DNA of 64,000 bases from Raillietiella orientalis (lineage: Eukaryota): assembly GCA_036172245.1 (NCBI GenBank), contig JAYWIR010000049.1, positions 248,001-312,000 of the forward strand. Reading direction: 5' to 3'. Below, piece after piece: positions 1 through 12,560 of the stretch. The stretch's first letter is position 1. Each line of letters begins with the position of its first letter. The notes below the pieces were generated by a model. That model did not search any database and was not told where the DNA came from. It saw only the letters and a program-made list of their open reading frames with translations. The position numbers and the translations under genes were made by a program.

Positions 1-610
1 TAAGCTAGGCGGCGACCATTCTGCGAATCCTGAAAGGCTCCGGAGGATCGAGCTTATTCTTTTTACACTTAGGAGGGAACTCTGAAGTCCTCGTCGTAGT
101 TGTGTCCGGAGAGAATCTCAGAGGCAACTAATTCTTCCTTATTCGCTCCGGAGGACCTCGGGAGGGGATCGGTCCTCGTTTTTTCTTCGAAGGGAACCCG
201 AAAGGAATTCGCTCCTTGTTTCCTCCTCTGAGGAGAACCACTAAGAGAGCAGAGCTCCTCTGATGCTCTGAAGAGGCGATCCTCCTAGAAGGGCATCATA
301 AAACCAGCTTCATGGTAACGCCTCCCTTTTCGCAACCGGAGGAGAATCCTGAAGGGAACTGGTTTTTTGATTCCTAGATGGACCTCGAAGGGCCATCTTC
401 CGCTTCCGTTCACTGAACGGAGGCATTGGACATCCTCCAGTTACGGCTTTGAAAGCCAACCGAGTACAACCAGCGTTCTCTTGCGGGGGGACATGAAACT
501 CACAACACACTCATTTCTCGGGGATCCACTCTTCACGTAGGGATTCGAACCAGAGATGCCCGGTGCCGCGCTCGGGAACCGCAGTCATGCGGTCGCCGAC
601 GCGGGCTAGT
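1..610 (-). mobile_element. Interspersed repeat 'family A' copy (partial, runs off the left edge) with a B-box-like head
   Basis: The reverse complement of 540-610 (gcccgcgtcgg...ggcacc...ggttcgaatccc) aligns with 4411-4484. The body at 1-450 resembles 11330-11650 and the reverse complement of 4800-5060. Confidence 0.6.
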
Positions 611-779
611 CACAAAAAGTGGTCTGTAGCCATTCCAAGTAAGATTCCCGGTTCTGCGCCGAGAAGGAGTTGCCCTGTGACTCCCGGTGGCTGTTTAAAT
701 CTTCGCAGATTCCATAGCAACGCGTGCAGGAGCGCTTAGCGTCTCGTAACTCAGTGGAAATCTCAGCTCTGGTCCTCAT

Positions 780-2100
780 TACATCGCAGATTTCAGTCTC
801 ATCCGAACCAATAAGCGAGAGTTCTCCCCATCCTCGAAGAAGCCCAGGCACCGTAATCTACCGCGACACACCGCCCTCCGGGTAGTGTGCAACACGCCAT
901 TCGTTCTCCTCCATCCGATCTTTCGAAAGGGCGAGTGCAAACCGATGACTTCCACCCATAATAAGCACCTTCTGCATAACGGAAGACGAAGCGTAACTTC
1001 CAGCTGCCCGCCGTGCTGCAGACAATCCGTCTGGCCACCAGCGTAATTGCGCGAACGCGTTCCAGTCAGACGGTCGTGGAATGGATTCCAACTGCAGCAA
1101 ATGGCGTCTCGATGGCGGCGACATCTCACGATCTTCAAATGTATTAATCACTGCAATGCCGAATGTACGGTACGAACAGACACCAACGACTTATTTCCTT
1201 CCTGTTTCTTCGCCGAGCGGTCAAGGTCGCGGTGCAGGGACCTTGGGTAGGAAGTATCCAGAGGAAGCGGATGGCGGCAATATGCTCGAGTTCAGGAGCG
1301 GATTGCCTGACCGAACGCGTTGGGGATCATCTCGCATCAGACCAGTGCGACCCAGATGACTTCCTGTCTGCAGGCTGTGTGCCATCTTCCCGGAAGATAG
1401 CCTCTTCCGGAAGCGAAGAGTCGGTGGCCCGTCGGCGGATACACGCGTGAGCTTACAAGAGAAGATGCACAGTCAGTCGAGTGGGTCGCAGGTATCCAAT
1501 GTGCTGGACTGATTGACATCCCGAGGACGGGGCTGCGGCCGACTCCAGATCGGTCGGAAATGAGCATCGTAAACAGGTGGATGCGGAAGTAGCCGGCCAC
1601 AGTGCGGGGTGATCAAGTGTGGTCGGGGATCGTGGAGAGAGATGAGTGTCCAGGATGTGTGACGGTTCCAGCTCCACTCGCGTGTCATGCGCGAAATATC
1701 GGACCATGAATTCTCGAATGTTCCGCACGGACAGATCGTCGTGAGAGGATATGTGCGCAATCCGAGTTTCGATAACCTCTGCACGGAGCACGTGAAGCCG
1801 TGCATCCGCATCGCAATCCAAGCAGCAACTCTTGGAGGAGAAGCCGTTTGATGTGCCGTCTCGGGCAACGTCCCTAGAGTGCACAAGGCAACGGCAGAAA
1901 GGCAGGAGTTCCGTCCGGAAATGTCGGCTTGAAGGTTTCCAGGACAACCAGAGTAGGCAGCCGGACGGCTGGACGATGCGCAGAGACCAGGCTGCCACAC
2001 TGCCAGAGTTGACGCTTTGAGGCGCGCGCGACGGTCTCTGTGGGAGAGCGAACGGCGCCGAAAGATTCCGGGAGCACTGCCGCGTGCTGCCGGATCGAAA
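780..2100 (-). mobile_element. Decayed LINE ORF2 remnant (end of the APE endonuclease and start of the RT)
   Basis: Minus-strand peptides TRIAHISSHDDLSVRN..YFAHD (resembles SRID..SDH), PDGLS (PGPDG motif) and NEWR (NWRPIS-like), broken by frameshifts. Confidence 0.5.
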
Positions 2101-4410
2101 CAGCATCGAGCCAACCTCGCAGGGTATGACCATAGTGACCTCGGAAAAAACGTGCTGCTAGGAAGAGCCCGCCCGATGAGTTCCTGCAGACTCCGCTTGT
2201 GCATCTTTCTACAGAAGTGGGGTCACGCCACAAACGGAAGGCTTTGCTGGGTTTCGTGAGCGGCTTGCCGCTGAAAAGGTTGTCGTGAAGGCGAACCCAG
2301 TTCTTATTACTGCCATTAATTATCAGGCTTATTACCAAATGGGACTTCAAACGAGATGGCGCGGGGCGCATCTGTGTCCGGAGTTCCATAATAGTCTCCA
2401 AGTACTGAACTCAGGATCACGTTTAGAAAAAAAGAACACGTAAACAGGTGCAGGGCTTGCGCCATCTCTTCAGCTCTTCATGTGATATCAGAGGGACTCC
2501 TTCCTATCCTTACGACACGCACCCCAGGAACACTGAACGTTCGAACACATCAGCCGTCGACAAGTAACAGCAGCGCCGGAGAAGGTCATAACTGCTCCAA
2601 TGGGCAACAGCAGCGCCAAAGAGCAAGAGTGCGCCGACGAGCAACAGAGGCGCCAAGGAAGGCAACTGCAGAGCCGACGAGCAGCAGCAGAGCCTAAGAT
2701 TAACAGCAGCGCCAGAGAGGACGACAGCGATTGGATGCACCACCTCCTGATTCCTGGCGATTTCCAGTCCCTCCACGCACCGCCTTTTCCCGGACCTCGA
2801 GCGGTCTACCGGCAGCTGTCCTTGCAAGAGAGAAGCGGAACGTAGAGTCAACAGCACGCCTTTCGCTTTGCCTCCTGCGATGCTGTCGATGGGTGCTCAC
2901 GGGCGCCAGCGACGTCTCCAGCACGGTCATCTCCCCTTCGCCTCGTAGCGTTGAATCTGCCCCTTAGGTGAACCGGCTGGCTTCTGGAAACTCCCCGTGC
3001 GTCATTCGCGACAGTCTCCTTGGCTTGGGCCGTCAGCTTTGAGGACGTACCCCTCCTCCTGCCCTCTGCTGCTGGGCGGCACCCGCTCTGGCGGAAAGTC
3101 GAGCCTTGCCTCTCCGGACAGCTCCATAACCTGCAAACCGGATGCGCTGTCCGATGAACAGATAATGCCCCGAGACGCTATGCTCCTCCAGAGTCTTCCA
3201 ATGACCCGGAGTTCTCTGGATAAGGGGATCTTCGTGCAGCCCTTATCCTCATTCGCTGGCAATCGATTCGCTCACCACCGGGCACAGCGCCCTCTTAGAC
3301 AGCAGATCCGCTCGTGGCAGCAAAGAACAGAGATGCTCCAGCGCTGTTTCTTCTCAAAGGAGGTGACTGAAGGTGAAAATTCGCTGCTGCCAAGATCACA
3401 CACAAATCTGTCCCTATGTTGGGGAAAAAAATTCTCAGCGTAACTGCATTTTTTGTTTGCTACAGAGATGCAGCATCTTCTTCCCTCGTGAATTTAGAAG
3501 TATCCGTTCTCCAGTCTGTCTGCGTCCCGGGTCAGTAAACGACCTCAGATGCGCGATCACTGCACGTGGCAACGTGGCAACATGGAAGGACGAAACACTC
3601 AAAGAGCTATGTGTGGACGCCACTTGCTCTCCGGATGAAGTGATATTTTGGGACCCATTTTGCCCCCATTCAGAGTCACCTGCAAATCCAAATTAAATTT
3701 TTTTTTCCCCTAATTCAGCAGTGACCACTGATGGTGGAGTTCGACCTTTCGAACTTCGAGGTGCACCGAGATTCGTCACAAGCTTCACTACTGAGTCTTC
3801 AAATCCATAGATGGCCGTGTGTGGTTGCAACGAAAGGCAGGTTCCGGCAGGCACGTACTGTGAACCAGGGTCGCGCGTTGGCGGCCGCGTGGCTGCAGTG
3901 TCTGCTCATGAACTGTCTCGGGGGGTTGCCTTTCCAGAGGAGTAAAAACAAGGAACAGTTCCCTTGCAGGTACCCTGCGGAGAAGAAATTCCAGGAGCTC
4001 TCCGACTTTCCTCAAAAACATCTGGATTCTCGGAGCCTCGCTAGGTTCCGATCAAGGAATCCACCTTGAATGCCGTCTTGCCTCCAGTGGATTCGATGCA
4101 AGGAGAGAAAATTCCGATGTTTTTAGCAGGATTCCAGGATTAGAAGAGAATTCGTTGGGACGCATTTCCATCCTCCACCAGTGTGTTCGCATGCGTCAGA
4201 TCAGTTAGTCGATCACGGACACTAGAAAGGATTGCGCTAACCTCAGAGGTGGCTCACGGTGAGGATCCACACAGGTCATATTTGCATCAGCTTTGTGATT
4301 CCACCTTGTCTTTAAAAGGCAAAAAAAAAAAATAGGTTTTTTTTTTAATTTCGATTAGTTTGGCATTTTCTCTTTTCGACACTAAAAACCCATAAAAACG
4401 AGTCGTCTTG

Positions 4411-5232
4411 TGGCCCGCGTCGGAGGTCGTGTGGTTACGGTGGTCTCAGCGCGTGGCACCATACGTCGTGGGTTCGAATACTCCAAAGGAATCGACGCAT
4501 TGTACTTCCTCGTGGGTTCCGAGTTCACCCTACAAGATGACGCTGATTGGCCTACATTCATCCGGGTGCGGCACTGGTAGCGGTTGAAACCGGATGCCAC
4601 CCGATGAGGGTCCAGACAAATGGGAGTCGACCTCCGGGTACTTCCATTAATCACGGAGAGGGAGCTCCCCTCCGGTTGTGAAGGAGTGGACCCCGCATTC
4701 CGGGGGACCCCTGCGCGTCGAACTGATAGAGTAGGTGTGTCGCCACCACCTCTCCAGGGAGTGCAGAGACGTGACCCTTCGGGGAAGCAGCGTCCTTCTG
4801 AATTTCCGAAGCGTCACCTTCTGGGTTCTCTTCAGAGGAGTAAAAACAGGAGCAGATCCCTTCTGGGTCCCCTTCAGAGAAGAAAAATCGGAGCGAATCA
4901 CTCCCAAGGGTCTCTTCGGACAGAACAAGGAAGGAATTTCCCTTCGGGATTCCCCTTCGGAGAAAACCAGGGTGGAGGTGATCCCCATTTGCGGGGATCC
5001 CTCCCTAGGAGTGAGAGGAACGGACTTCAAGTCCTTCCTGGATTCATAGGGCGGACCCCTCCCGGGGTACCGAAGACTACTCACCCACCCTCGGGTGGCG
5101 TGGAACCGTGTCGAAGAACTGCGAAGACAGAAAAGGATTTCCATCATCCTAGGTCAATAGTAACGATCGTAAGGTCGTTACTGGCCTTTTGACAACTCAC
5201 GCGAGAGCTCTCAAGCGTGGTACCCCAAACTT
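4411..5232 (+). mobile_element. Interspersed repeat 'family A', longest copy
   Basis: Has a GGTTCGAATAC head at 4471-4481. The body matches copies near 1-610, 3930-4050, 11330-11800, 24830-25080, 28750-29070, 42930-43380 and 55130-55330. Confidence 0.65.
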
Positions 5233-5529
5233 TTTGCAGGTCAGCCCCAATCGCGTAGATTTCCCAGTCGTAGGCGCGAGCCTGTTCTTTTAGAATCGAT
5301 CGAGAGATGCCGCCACCTTATCCAAAAGCGTGTTCTCCTGCCCAACAACGCTGAAGGCTTTTCCTACCTCATAGTAGGAAACAACTAATGAAGGCATGGA
5401 CAACTCGGCAGCTAGTGGACGCTGCGACCCTGAGTGTCGCGTCTAAAGGACTTCTGCGCTGGGGCGAGCTGCTCGAAATACCTCCGGAGGAGGTGAAGTG
5501 GCTCCCAGCATGCTGGGACAGTGGCGCCC

Positions 5530-5960
5530 TTCCCATGAAATAGAAAGAGACGGCGTTGCTATTCTTGCATTGGGGAATCCTATGCAGAGTATGCCTCTCG
5601 CACTGGACAGTAGGGAGCGTGGCTGCTCGTTGTGCAGAATGCAGTGAAAGGGAAACCTTCCTGCATCTCCTTATAGACTGCGTCGCCCTCTGTGAACTTC
5701 GAGATCGGCTCTCTTCGATTCTGAATCTTTCGGCAGGCGACCCTAAAGATATTTTCCGGCGCCTCTACAGGCGTGATGCCCTGCCCCCCGCCGCATCTCT
5801 AGCAGTTTTCTGCTGTGATCGAGGAATCGTGGCAAGGTGAAAAGCCAAAAGAAGAAGACAAAACAGCAGGGACGCCATGCATTGGACAATGACCTTCTTG
5901 AAGACCGTGCCAAAATGACCCCACAGGAATAATTTAAGAGCAGCACTTGTCAGCATCCTG
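5530..5960 (+). mobile_element. L1/Tx1-like LINE ORF2 C-terminal zinc finger (zf-RVT) fragment
   Basis: ORF 5556-5840 encodes CAECSERETFLHLLIDC, matching the C-x2-C...ET-x2-H-x4-C motif of non-LTR ORF2. Confidence 0.8.
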
Positions 5961-6967
5961 AACAGGATGCCGAGGACCGATCCAAGAGAACAATAATCCC
6001 TTTCCTTCCCCCCTTCCCCTAAAACATTCCTCACCCCCTTTTTTCTAATTCTTTTTGTTTATTTTTATTTTGTTCTTCCCTTCCTCTCCGCCGTCGGAGA
6101 GGACCTCACCGGTCTTTGTACCGGTTGAAGGCAAGTCTCCGGGTGTTGGCACCCGGATACGCAGGGACGTTTATTTACGTCATCTGCAGAACGTGGTACA
6201 AGACCCCACTAACGGCCAACACAACGCCGGACCTGCCAGGACGCCGCGACGCAGACCAGCGTGACTCTCCTCGGCAATGGAGGGGGAAGGGGGAAAAAGC
6301 AAAAAGAAAAATAAACAAAAAGAATTGGAAAAAAATAGTCGTCCGGGCGTGGGAGCGCCTAGTGTGCTACCACGAAAACATTCTGACGACTTTATTGTGG
6401 AATTTTTGTGAAACATTTTCTAATAATAAATGCCCCGGCATACCCGGGTGACAAACAACGCTGATGGCGGTGCAGGCGAAGACGAAGATGGGAACCGGGA
6501 GCGTTTGAAGAGGTGCGGCAACGCCCCTGACACAATCCCACAGTTCGCACCCCCATTGCCCTCTTGATAGCGAGCACCTCAATAAGAAGTTCAAAGGTGC
6601 GGAACACCGGAGCAATAGTGCCTGCCATGAACATCATCTAGGGAGTGATTAGGAGGGGAATAGGGATAGGGAGCTGGGCCTGGACTTACCAGTAGGTCCT
6701 GAAAAAGATAGCGAAAGTTGCTCACGTGAGTGGACTGGAAGTGTTGTGTGCAGGAACGCACTCAACAGATGAACGCCAAACTTTTTCATTGCCCAAAAAA
6801 AGGAAAAGAAGAAATCCTCACAGATCCATTTGCGTGGTCTCCTATAACAGTGATTTCCATCGATTACGCCAATGGTGTATCCCACCGTACGGTATGTGAG
6901 GGTGAATGGGCTGCACAATCCCTTCCACAGACCCTGATGGTGCTGACGCTGGGTAATTCGAATCTTC

Positions 6968-7160
6968 AAGTTTGGGGCACCACGCTTGAGAGCTCTCGCG
7001 TGACTTGTCAAAAGACTAGTAGCGACCTTACGATCGTTACTATTGACCTAGGATGATGGGAATCCTTTTCTGCCTTCGCAGTTCTTCGACCCGGTTCCAC
7101 ACCACCTGAGAATGGGTAGTCTTCCAGATAGGGGGTGCCCCGGGAAGGATCCATAAAATC
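6968..7160 (-). repeat. Inverted copy of 5041-5232
   Basis: 6968-7106 is the reverse complement of 5094-5232, with about 9 mismatches in 139 bp by manual alignment. Confidence 0.95.
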
Positions 7161-7399
7161 CGAACTGCGACTCCAAGTCCGCATTCTAGGTGCAGTGCTC
7201 TTCTGTCGGCGGTACCGCGCTGTGCCGCCGACACAAGAGGTGTCCCGAATTTCCAGATCTCCCGATTTCTCTGAGCTCACGGTTTGGTTCCTCCGCCACC
7301 TTCGCGCCTCCAGGAATGCACATTCTCAGCAACGATTTCCCATATTTGAAAAATAAGAGAACAAGACATAGAAAACGTTACGTAGGTGATCATTATAGC

Positions 7400-8450
7400 T
7401 GGATGTGGAACCCCGACTCGACCAGAACCTTCAGTAGCAATGATAAACCAACAGCAGTTCTCCTATGGGGTGAATAACTGGATCAAACAGGTGAAGGAAG
7501 TTCCGCACACGTAGCCTCTCCGAAGAAGCCACAGCTGTCCGATTCGTCGATTGCAAACCTCAGACGCGCGCGGTTTGACACGGATCCCTTCGCAGCTCAT
7601 GTGCACCCTTGTCCTGCTTCTCACAGCGATGGTTCCTCGAAGCTCAGCAACAGTTCGGGAGAAGATACTCCTCGAAGGCAGGGCAGGCAGGACGAGTTGA
7701 ATAACGCCAAGTGCCCAAGAATGCATTTCCCCGGGCAGATTTTTGTTCTTGGGGCATTTACTTCCCACCTTCTTGATGGGGGATGCATCAGAACGAATGA
7801 AATCCATTTCCAGTGACAGGCATTTGCTTCTCTTCCGGATCAATGATTGTTTCAGTACCCAGATGATGCCAGGGAACGCGCTGTGGTACTTCCGTGATCT
7901 TTCACTCCAGGTGAAGAACTTTCTCCTCGTGATGGTCGCTACAATCCCTGCTTGCAATTTTCAATAAAGATTTTACCTAGGTGTCGTAAGCTTTCCAGCT
8001 AAAGCGCGGTCCCCGGACTTTGCTGAAAACGTTTGGGGTACAACATTGTAAGCGCGCTTTGGGTGGCCAAGGGCTCCCTCATCCAGAGACATCCGTGCTG
8101 ACGAATACTTCATTTCATGCCTTGGCGACTGATCGCGCCACAGGCAGCGTTTCTAAATTCCCTTGTGACTGCTAAGTGTCGGGTCGCCTACTCCCGGCAT
8201 GGAGAAACCCCACCGGACGTGGCGGAGGTTCTGCAACCTTCGAGTGCGCTGCTGGCTACTTGCCGCGGGGCAGAGCTTCAGGCGAGAGCAGGCGTCCAAC
8301 AGGTGTGGGAGGACGCACCGCCATGATGCACCAACTGCCTGTCCTCGTGGGAAGGATGTCTCTGTTGAGTTCCCTCAGGGTTTTCGGTCCATACGAGGAA
8401 CTCCACGATTCCACTGCCAACAACAGAACTGATGTCTCCACTGCTGCCCT
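7400..8450. mobile_element. Oppositely oriented LINE ORF2 fragments (minus ~7400-7960, plus ~7970-8450)
   Basis: Minus-strand FIRSDASP..LPGEMHSWALG resembles FIW..LP..GGLG. A plus-strand YLGV lies at ~7975-7986. Confidence 0.45.
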
Positions 8451-9299
8451 GTGTTGACCCCAGTCAGACCAACGGAGCGGAGAATTTATCAAGCAATGCA
8501 CAAATGAGAATCACAATGATGCAATTTTGTATGCACTTTTTGATGCGTTCCTGCACTCAATCCTTCAAGTCACCCAACTGTCTGTTTCTTTGTTAACTTT
8601 TTTTAGGGAAAAAACTTCTTCTCCTTCAGTGAAAGGGGACACCAGGATGTGGTGGGTTGAAACCCGGTTGCGCCGCTGGAGCGTTTATTTATAGAAAATC
8701 AACATAGCTGTACATGGAGGGCAAACATAAGGGTAAACATAGAGGATACCCACCAGCACATAGACATCCCCTCCCAAACCCCCTCCTCCTCCACACATTT
8801 TTTTGTATGTTTTTTGTTTTTCTTTTTGTTTGCCACCTTTCCCCTTGTGCTGCCATAGAGAACTTCGCCGACCTGCGCGCCGGTTCTCGACAGGTTCTTT
8901 CTGTACCTTTTGTAGCGTGAAAAGATCACGCATCCTGCCACTGATGTCCAAGTTTTACTTTTAACAAACAAACGTCCCGGCATGTCCGGGTGTTAAACCC
9001 TTCGGATGGAAGCGTCCCAGCCGGGACGCGCGCGGAGCGCAGTCCAAAGTGGCAGGTGAAGCATCTTCCTCACTTCACGGCTCCGCGAACGGTACACCGT
9101 AGCCGCCGTCGAACAAGGCTCGGGCCGGACGCCCGTCCTTTCGGGAGTGGCGGATCCGCTGCACTCAGTATCTCTGATTTTACGACTCTCCGGCTCGGAG
9201 TGGCAATCCGGCAGCTCCACCGCCTCTCAGCGCCAACTGTGCCCTCCATTTCGATTTTTTTTCCCATCGGGTTCCACGCGTGGATGCGTTTAATGAGAT

Positions 9300-10560
9300 G
9301 AAATCTGCAAAACTACTTTATTCGAAGGAAGACGATCCGGAAGACAGGAGGGGTTAGTAGCCGTTTTTATGACTTCCGAGTAGCTTCCCTATTGACCATC
9401 GCTGGGCAGAGGTAAGGTGACGAGGGGCGAAGAGGGAGCAGGCAAAACCACGTGTAGGAAGGCTTGAATCGATGGCATGGGATCCACACGCCACAGTGGA
9501 TCTCATCGGTTGCCAAGCGTTGCTAAGTACGATAGCGGAGGTGCGTCGGAGCATCTCCAAATGATCCCATCCCAAGTCCGGGGTCATTCCGACCCGACGT
9601 CAGTGTCACAGTGTCGCCAGGTGGAACTCTTCAACCACCACCAGCCGTCCTTAAACTTCAAACACAACCAGCTGCCCAGGTTAGCTCGATTCGTCTTATC
9701 CCTTCCCCGAACGCAGCCCACGGTGGAGACTTCGCGTTGAGATCACCGCAGAGACCTCTCTCCCTCTATGGGGATTCCCGTAGCCTTCCTCGTAGGATGT
9801 TTCGGCTGCTAGGACACTGTTACCGATGCCTCCCTTTATCCCCCAGCGGCATCGAAACAGCGACGCCGGACCTGGCGAAGTCCGTTTCAGCTGCTTGTTG
9901 TCCTGCTGGCGTTCTTTCCACCTGCACCTTTCGCAGTGCCACCTGTCTTGGCGCGGCATGCCCGAGAGAGACGACTCCTCCCCGCAGGCGGTGCAACTCA
10001 CGACTGGGATTCCGGCGATTTCTTCCTGAACTTCGGAAGGATCGACAGCCGTGGAAGCATAGGCATAAGCAGTATCCCTCATCAGGGAAGGCTCATCCCA
10101 CCGACATCAGGAGCTGCACCAATATCCCTCAGCAGCCCCACGAGCGTCAACGGGTGCAGGACAGGCGACATGGTTAGAACCTGGACTTTCGGCGGCGGTG
10201 GAAGCACCAGCAGCATCTGCAGGAACAGTGATGAGATCCTTGTAGGTTGCCGTGCCGTCAGCGAGAATACCAGCGTCCGCAGCATCATATCGGGAGGCAG
10301 GAACATCAGAGATGGAAGTATGGGCGGGGTCAGCAAGAACAAGAGAAGTGGAAGTGTGGACGGGATCAGCGAGAACACAAGAGGTGGAAGTATTGGAGGA
10401 GTCAGCAAGAACAACGTTGACAGAAGTGCTGGCCATCCTGTGATGGGGCTGTGACCTACTGGTTTTCGCTCCAAGAGGTCTCTTCGCTCCCAAGAGGCCA
10501 GTCCGATCCGCTTCTGCCTTCACTTCTCCCAGGAGTGTCTATCTCTGATACCTACAGCTT
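9300..10560 (+). mobile_element. Decayed LINE ORF1 (gag-like) remnant
   Basis: Degraded zinc-knuckle-like stretches (CFGC/LGHCYRC near 9800, HL..ACP near 9950), followed by a repetitive low-complexity tail. Confidence 0.4.
10298..10414 (+). repeat. 36-bp tandem repeat, ~3 copies
   Basis: tggaagt recurs at 10313, 10349 and 10385. The unit reads as E(M/V)EVWxGSART in one frame. Confidence 0.85.
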
Positions 10561-10726
10561 CGAGAGGGACAGCTGAGGCAGCTGGAAAGCGAACGTCACA
10601 GGTGGCGGCAATAGGGCGGTTGACAGTCGACATCGGAATCGGAGCAGCGCTACTCGTGCAGCTTCTTCCTGGACGGCTCACCATGAAACGAATGGCGCTC
10701 TTGCCCAGAGGACGAACGGCATCGGA

Positions 10727-10786
10727 TCGACCCTGATTTTTCTACAAAAGTCTGCCAGCAGACTTTTGTAGAAAAATCAGGGTCGA
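10727..10786. repeat. Perfect fold-back, 29-bp arms with a 2-nt spacer
   Basis: tcgaccctgatttttctacaaaagtctgc-ca-gcagacttttgtagaaaaatcagggtcga. Confidence 0.97.
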
Positions 10787-11329
10787 GACAACTCTGTAGC
10801 ATGCCGGCGGCAGTGGGGTTTGGCCGGGAAGGCGCGGGCAGCGAGGATGGCAGGGCAGCATCGGAATCGATGGTTGGGAAGCGTAGCCGACGTCTTCATC
10901 ACGTCGCAGCCGTTTCATCACCGCCCCCATACGCGCAGTGGCGGTTGCCGAGCCTTTTAGCGGCCGCCAGCTATCGGAGCGCCTGAATTTCCGCGATCCA
11001 GCCTGAAGACGGCTTCCCTCAGTCGGGCTGCTCGCAGATCCGCACAGCGGCTCATCTAGCCCGGAGGCGGAAGGCTGCTCTTCCGAACGCCTCCCTTGGG
11101 TTTTGTTGACGGCAAGGATTTTCCCCAGGTGCACCCCTCGATCGTTCGCACGTTCCTCCGGGAGTCTGCAAAAGATCCTGGAACTCGTCCGTCAAGAAAA
11201 GCTTCTCAATGCTCCTCAACTCACGAAGAACGGATCTGAGGCGTCGCAGCTACCACTCTCCTACCGCCTTTCTCCTAGGGGCTTACGAGACTTTCAACAT
11301 TGTCTGCGCCACCCAATGGTGAACCCCGT

Positions 11330-11800
11330 AGGGACCGCCCTACGAATCTTGAAGGGCTCCAGAGAAAGGAGTCCGTTTCTTTTAGTCTTGGGATGGGAAC
11401 TCTCTTCCTTGTTCTTCCCTAAGAGACCTCCGGGAAACATCAGTTCTCATTTCTCTTCCGAAGGGGACCCGGAAAGCATTTGCTCCTCGTTCGCTCTCTG
11501 AAGAGTACCTATAAGGGAGTAGCGAGCTGGCATTGTGGGGAAGAGACCCACCCAGGGGGATATCAACCAACTTCATTATAACGGCTTCATCCTCACAGCT
11601 GGAGGGGAATCCAGAAAGGTTCCTTGATTCCTGGAAGAACTCTGAAGGGTTGACTTCCGATCCGGCCCATCGAGGGGGCTATCGGTCGTCCACCAATGCC
11701 ACACGCTAAGTCTTCCGAGGACAACCTACGTCATCTCGCGGAAGGACTTGAAACCCACGACGCACCCTTCGTCATGCGCAGAGGACGCTAACGCAGCCGT
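11330..11800 (-). mobile_element. Family A repeat copy
   Basis: Similar to 20-450 in the same orientation. Its reverse complement contains gtcgtgggtttcaagtcc, matching the head segment. Confidence 0.6.
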
Positions 11801-12079
11801 CGCCGATGTTTTTTCTCTGCTCTGCAGCCGCGAGACTGTCGGGGCTTCTTGCAGAAAGGAGGCAAGGTGCAGAGGGACGCAGACTGCCAGGATTCCATGT
11901 CCGCTGAATCGATCTCCTCCCGTTTCCTCCAGCTGGCCCTTAATGGTTCTCTTGGATCGCTCCTACAGGACGCTGTTCCTCGTGCTCGACCGTAGCCTTA
12001 AGGTCCTCTGCGGCCGCAAGGCTGAGGACTCCGCGCCCAGTGAGGGCAAGTACTGCAGGTTCGAATCCACACGTAGAAG

Positions 12080-12560
12080 ATAGACGTGGAAGAATCCTTC
12101 CTGCATCCCTTGAAATCATGCCGGCCACTTTCATTGCAGGCGACGAGAACCTTCCAGCATGGCAGCCTCCCCGGATGGAGCTGCTCTTCGCTGCTTCCAC
12201 CTGCTTCGTCGTCGCAGAAGCCAACAGGAGCGGCTTCAGGGTTCCCAGTACACGGATGCCGCTCCTGTTGCCTCCTGCTCATGATTACGATCGCCGCTTT
12301 CGTTTCTCAGGATGGCGATCGTCGTTCGACGATCTCTTCCTGGCTGCTGAGAGCGTTTTCCTGCTTCATTGTTGTTTCGAGTCCGCAGGAAGAAAACAAC
12401 GCATACAGCACTTACCGAGTGGCATGTCTTGGTTTTTCGAGGCACTACGATCTTTCCTACTGCATGTGCACCCGAGAGATGTGGTCCAATTTTCGACAGC
12501 TCGAATCTGGCGCCACAAGACGACTCATCCCAAAGGCAGCCTTGAAAACGTTCCATCACG
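12080..12560 (-). mobile_element. LINE ORF1 zinc-knuckle remnant (paralogue at ~21130-21560)
   Basis: VACNESGRHDFKGC here and CIACKESGLQDC at 21150-21200 resemble CCHC knuckles, and the two DNA segments align. Confidence 0.55.

Noticed and set aside
2600..2845. Small ORF starting MGNSSAK (myristoylation-like)
   Set aside because: It is built from recurring aacagcagcgcc motifs amid transposon debris, with no domain or splice support.
4425..4490. Functional tRNA gene
   Set aside because: Only a B-box-like motif is present. I cannot fold a cloverleaf, and it is part of a diverged repeat.
4495..4625. HDV-like or hammerhead ribozyme (ttcctcgtgg, ccgatgag)
   Set aside because: The required flanking helices and core could not be assembled.
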